A stretch of 64,000 bases of DNA, from NCBI RefSeq assembly GCF_963921235.1, contig NC_086115.1, forward strand, positions 12,896,001-12,960,000. The letters are read 5' to 3'. A program made the translations under genes and the position numbers. Positions 60,060 through 64,000 of the stretch are shown piece after piece. Every line of letters starts with the position of its first letter. The first letter of the stretch is position 1. Below the pieces are notes generated by a model. That model did no database searches. It worked only from the letters and a program-made list of their open reading frames with translations, and had not been told where the DNA came from. Source of the DNA: Mobula hypostoma (lineage: Eukaryota).

Positions 60060-61680
60060 GGGTTCTTCTTCCACCGATTCCTGTGGCTTACTTGATCATA
60101 CCTCTTCCCACCCTATCTTCGTTTCTCAGTTCCTTCCTTTCTGTTGCATCTGTTCACAGGATGAGGGTTTCCTTTCCAGGACATCAGGGATGTCCTCTTT
60201 CAAAGAACGGGGATTCCCTTCCTCCACCATTGATTCTGCCCTCACCCGCACCTCCACTTCCTGGACATGGTGCGCACTCCATCTGCTCACGCCTTAACTG
60301 GGATAGTGTTCCTGTTGTCCTCACCTATCACCCCATGAGCCTGCACACCACTCTCTGCAACTTCCACCACCTACCATCAAATACATCTTTACCTCCTCCT
60401 CACTCTCCACATTCTGCAGAGATTGGTCCCTCCATGATTCCCTTGTCCATCTGTCCCTCCCGACTAATCTCCCTCCTTTTTTTCCCTGTAAGTGGCAGAA
60501 ATGCAACACCAGCCCATTCACCTCGTCCCACACAGTCCTTCCAGGTGAGGCAACACTTCACCTGCGAATCTGTTGGGGTTGTCTACTGTATCCGGTGCTC
60601 CCAATGTGGCCACCACTACACTGATGAGACCTGGCAGGGACTGCTTTGTCGAGCACCTCGGCTCCATCTGCAAAAGTGGAATTTCATGCTACCTAACCAT
60701 TTAATTTTCCTACCCCCATTCCTGTTCTGACGTGTTGATCCAACAGCCTCCTCTTCTGCCACAATGAGGCCACTCTCGGGTTGGAGAAGCAGCACCTCAT
60801 ATTCCGAACATGAGGCAGTCTGCAGATGCTGGAAATCCAAAACAACACACACACATTGTTGGAGAAACTCAGCAGGCCAGGCAGCATCTATGGAGAAGAG
60901 TAAACCGTCAACATTTCAGGCTGAGACGCTTCATCAAGACTGGAAAGGAAAGGAAGAAGGTGGGAGGAGGGGAGGAAGAGTACAAGGTGGTAGGTGATCG
61001 GTGAAACCAGTTGAGGGGAGGGGATGAAGTAGGAGCTGGGAAGTTGTTTGGTGAAAGAGATAAAGGGCTAGAGAAGAGGGAATCTGATAGGAGAGGACAG
61101 AAGATCATGGAAGAGAGGGAAGGGGGAGGAGCACCAGAGGGAGGTGATGGGCTGATGTGATTTTGCTTCCCATTCTGATATGTCAGTGCATGGCCTCGTC
61201 TCCTCATCTACTGCTGTGATGAGGCCACACTCGAGTTGGGTAGCCTCCAACCTGATGGCGTGAACATAGATTTCTGGAGCTTCCGGTAATTCTTTTCCCC
61301 CTCCCAACATTCCCCATTCCTGTATCCCCCCCTTCTCACCTTATCTCCTTACCTGGCCGTCACTTCCCTCTGGTGCTCCTCCCTCTTCCCTTTCTCCATG
61401 GTTTTAATTCCTTATCAGATTCCCCTTCTCCAGCCCTTTATCTTTTTCACTAATCAACTTCCCAGCTCTTTTCTTCCCCACCTTGTACTTCTTCCTCTCC
61501 TCCCCCCCCCCCCACCTTCGTACACTGACTTCTCCCCTTCCTTTCCAGTCTCTGCCCGAAATGTCGACTGTACTCGTTTCCATAGACGCTGCCTGGTCTG
61601 TGGAGTTCCTCCAGCATTTTGTGTGTGTTACCTCATATTCCGTCTGGGTAACCTTCAACCTGATGACATGAACATTTATT
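60060..61680. mobile_element. Cluster of nested and inverted Penelope-like fragments
   Basis: Plus-strand linker and GIY-YIG remnant (VVLTYHP, HFTCESVGVVYCIRCSQC) at 60060-60810; minus terminal repeat about 60815-61155; plus terminal repeat about 61160-61630. Confidence 0.75.
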
Positions 61681-62100
61681 AGAATCTAGTTCTGTAACAG
61701 CATTATGGTATCAGTATGCTGCTGTGCTGCCCTGGTTCTGGGTTGAGATCCAGGAATCCTTTCCCCGTCTGCAGTGTAGATGCATCTTCAGCAGAAGAGA
61801 CCCAAAGCTTAAGTAGCACATGAGTGTAGTGGTTAGCGCAGCGCTTTACAGCGCCTGCTGTTAGATCAGTGTTTGCTTCCCCCTGCTAACTGTAAGGAGT
61901 TTGTACTTTCTCCCTGTGACCCAGGTTTCCTCTGGGTGATCTGGTTTCCTCCCACATTCCAAAGCTGTATGGTTAAAGTTAGTGAGCTGTTGGCACTGCA
62001 AATGTAGTAATACTTGCGTGCTGCCCCCAGCACAATCCTTGCTGGTTTGAATCAATGCAAACGATACATTCCACTGTATGTTTTGATGGACGTGCAACAA

Positions 62101-62780
62101 AGGAGGAGAAGATGGCAGTGCGCGCGGCCACTTCGGTGAATGATACCTGTAATCTGTCAAGTAGGGGACCGTGCACAATTCTGATTTGATGGAGACGGAC
62201 GTGAGAGTACGGAGGAACATCTGGAAAACTTCTGAAATGCCCGCTTCGCTGCCGCTGCTACTGTGTGGTAAACAGAATCTCCGGAGCTGAAGGCCTCGAG
62301 ATCCTTGGCTTTGCGTGTTTCAGCACCCGGGGCTAGGTCGAAGGCGCTCGGCAGAGGATGGCTCTCGGGAGGCTGTATCGGAGGGGCTGGTCGGAAGCTC
62401 GAAGTTTTCAGACATATGGACTCAGTGTCGGCTGTGGTCGGCTGCTTCCAAGGCATCAGCAAGTTGACGGTGCCTGGAGGTTTATGGCAGGGAGTTTCTC
62501 CCTTTTGCCGCCTGCTATCGGGGACTCGGGAGTCGATCGACTCGGGGACTTTTGAGACTTTATTTACCATGCCCATGGTTTGTTCTTCATCAAATTATGG
62601 TATTGCTTTGCACTGCTGTAACTATATGTTATAATTATGTGGTTCTGTCAGTGTTAGTCTTTGGTTTGTCCTGTTTTCTGTGATACCACTCCGGAGAAAC
62701 ATGGTATCATTTCTTAATGCACGCATGCATTTCTAAATGACAATAAAAGAGGACTGAGTGTTCTCATAATCTAAAAAAAA
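62101..62780 (+). mobile_element. Unclassified non-autonomous retroposon inserted in a SINE tail
   Basis: GC/CpG-rich head starting AAGATGGC, T-rich LINE-like 3' UTR, AATAAA and A-tail; it interrupts the tail of the SINE at 61830-62100. Confidence 0.5.
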
Positions 62781-64000
62781 TTAGCAAAACTAATCATTAA
62801 GCTTGGCTCAACTCTTTTTGAGAGCATTTAGTGCTTTGACGGTGACTCTGATTTCCCCGAGTGGTTTAGTATGATGGCAAATGGAGGTGCATGTAAGATC
62901 AGCAAAGCAAAGCCAAATCTTAATGCAGTTGGCAGGATACTCGCTCTTTGAATGTTGATCATCGTAATTGGGTTCTGAGAAACCTGATCACCTTGAAACT
63001 TTGATGAATTCCCTTTATTTCCCTCCCCTAGCAGAATAAAGTTTCCATCACTGCAGTAAGTTAATTAACAACAGAGAAAGAGATCCTGTGATCCACACTG
63101 GTGTCAATGCTTCAGAAGTTTTTAAGAGATGAGTTTAATTTGTCACGTGTACATTAAAACATAGTAAAATAAATTATTTGTGTTGGAAATCATTTGGAAA
63201 GTGTGTAGCTTGGGTATTTGATAGTTGGGTTGAATTCTCCAATCTTGGCAATTCACTTGCGAACATTTCATAATATACGAAGCAACATCATCAGTGCGTT
63301 GTTTGTGTTAAATCAAATCGGTGAGGATCGCACTGCAGGCAGCCCACAAATGTCATCACACTTTCCGCGCCAATATAGTATGCTCACAACTTACCGTATG
63401 TCTTTGGAATGTGGGAGGAATCTGTAGCACTCGAATGAAGACCCCGTGGTCATGGGGAGAACATATAGATTCCTTACAGACAGCAGAAGGAGTCGAACCT
63501 CGATGGGTGATCGCTGGTGCTGTAGAGCGATTGCATTGACTGCTGTGCTGTTGTTCCCCCCTTTCACGTGAATCCTATCCTCCTCTCCTTCACACGAGCT
63601 CGGTGCTGCCTCCCTACACAACAGGCAAAACTCTGCTACCCATAAGTGACAGACCTCCAGCTGAGTGTCACTGGTCGGCGTAGAATGTCCCAGAAGTGCA
63701 GTGGGAGAATTTACACGTTTGACACGAGCTCCATGTGTTTGATTTGTGCAGTACTGATTTACAAAAACCTTAGTAAATTTACTATCAAAATACATTTATG
63801 TTGCCATTGGCCACCTGGAGATTGATTTCCAGGAAAATAAAGAAATAAAATAGAATTTATGAAAAAATATTCTTATTATGTATAGTGTTTAGATACATTA
63901 GGGACTTTAAAGAAACTGTTAGATAGGCAGATGGATGATAAATTAGTGGATTGTTATGTAGGAGGGAAGGGTTAGATTGATCTTAGCGTGGGTTTAAAGG

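Noticed and set aside
58780-63060. Possible coding exons of the gene driven from the 48.1-kb promoter (near 58790-59010 and 63030-63055)
   Set aside because: Splice-like signals exist, but there is no recognisable protein similarity, and stops occur in the frames checked.

Overview
This is eukaryotic vertebrate DNA, most likely elasmobranch (shark or ray), inferred from the HE1/V-SINE-like, CR1, Rex1-like and Penelope repeat content. The window holds a complete 8-exon EXOSC1 (CSL4) gene on + (CDS 26496-41484, 194 aa, with a U12-type intron 6). It also holds the first two exons of an LCOR-like gene on - (16149-16053 and 1168-1103; exon 2 has an in-frame TGA), head-to-head with EXOSC1, and an orphan CpG/ZNF143 promoter near 48.1 kb whose coding exons I could not find. 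The rest is dense, nested transposon debris (hAT, Tc1, Tigger/pogo, CR1, Rex1-like, BEL/Pao, SINEs). The most striking system is a family of Penelope-like elements whose terminal repeat carries a minimal, probably dimer-dependent hammerhead ribozyme (AGTC-CTGACGA-A-GGGTCTCGGCCC-GAA-ACGTC^GACT). It occurs as GIY-YIG-bearing fragments, as ~130-150 bp solo units with 13-14 bp target-site duplications, as a 5'-inverted unit, and as fold-back pairs. Gene and repeat-family names come from recalled protein and motif similarity, not database searches, and repeat boundaries without TIRs or TSDs are approximate.
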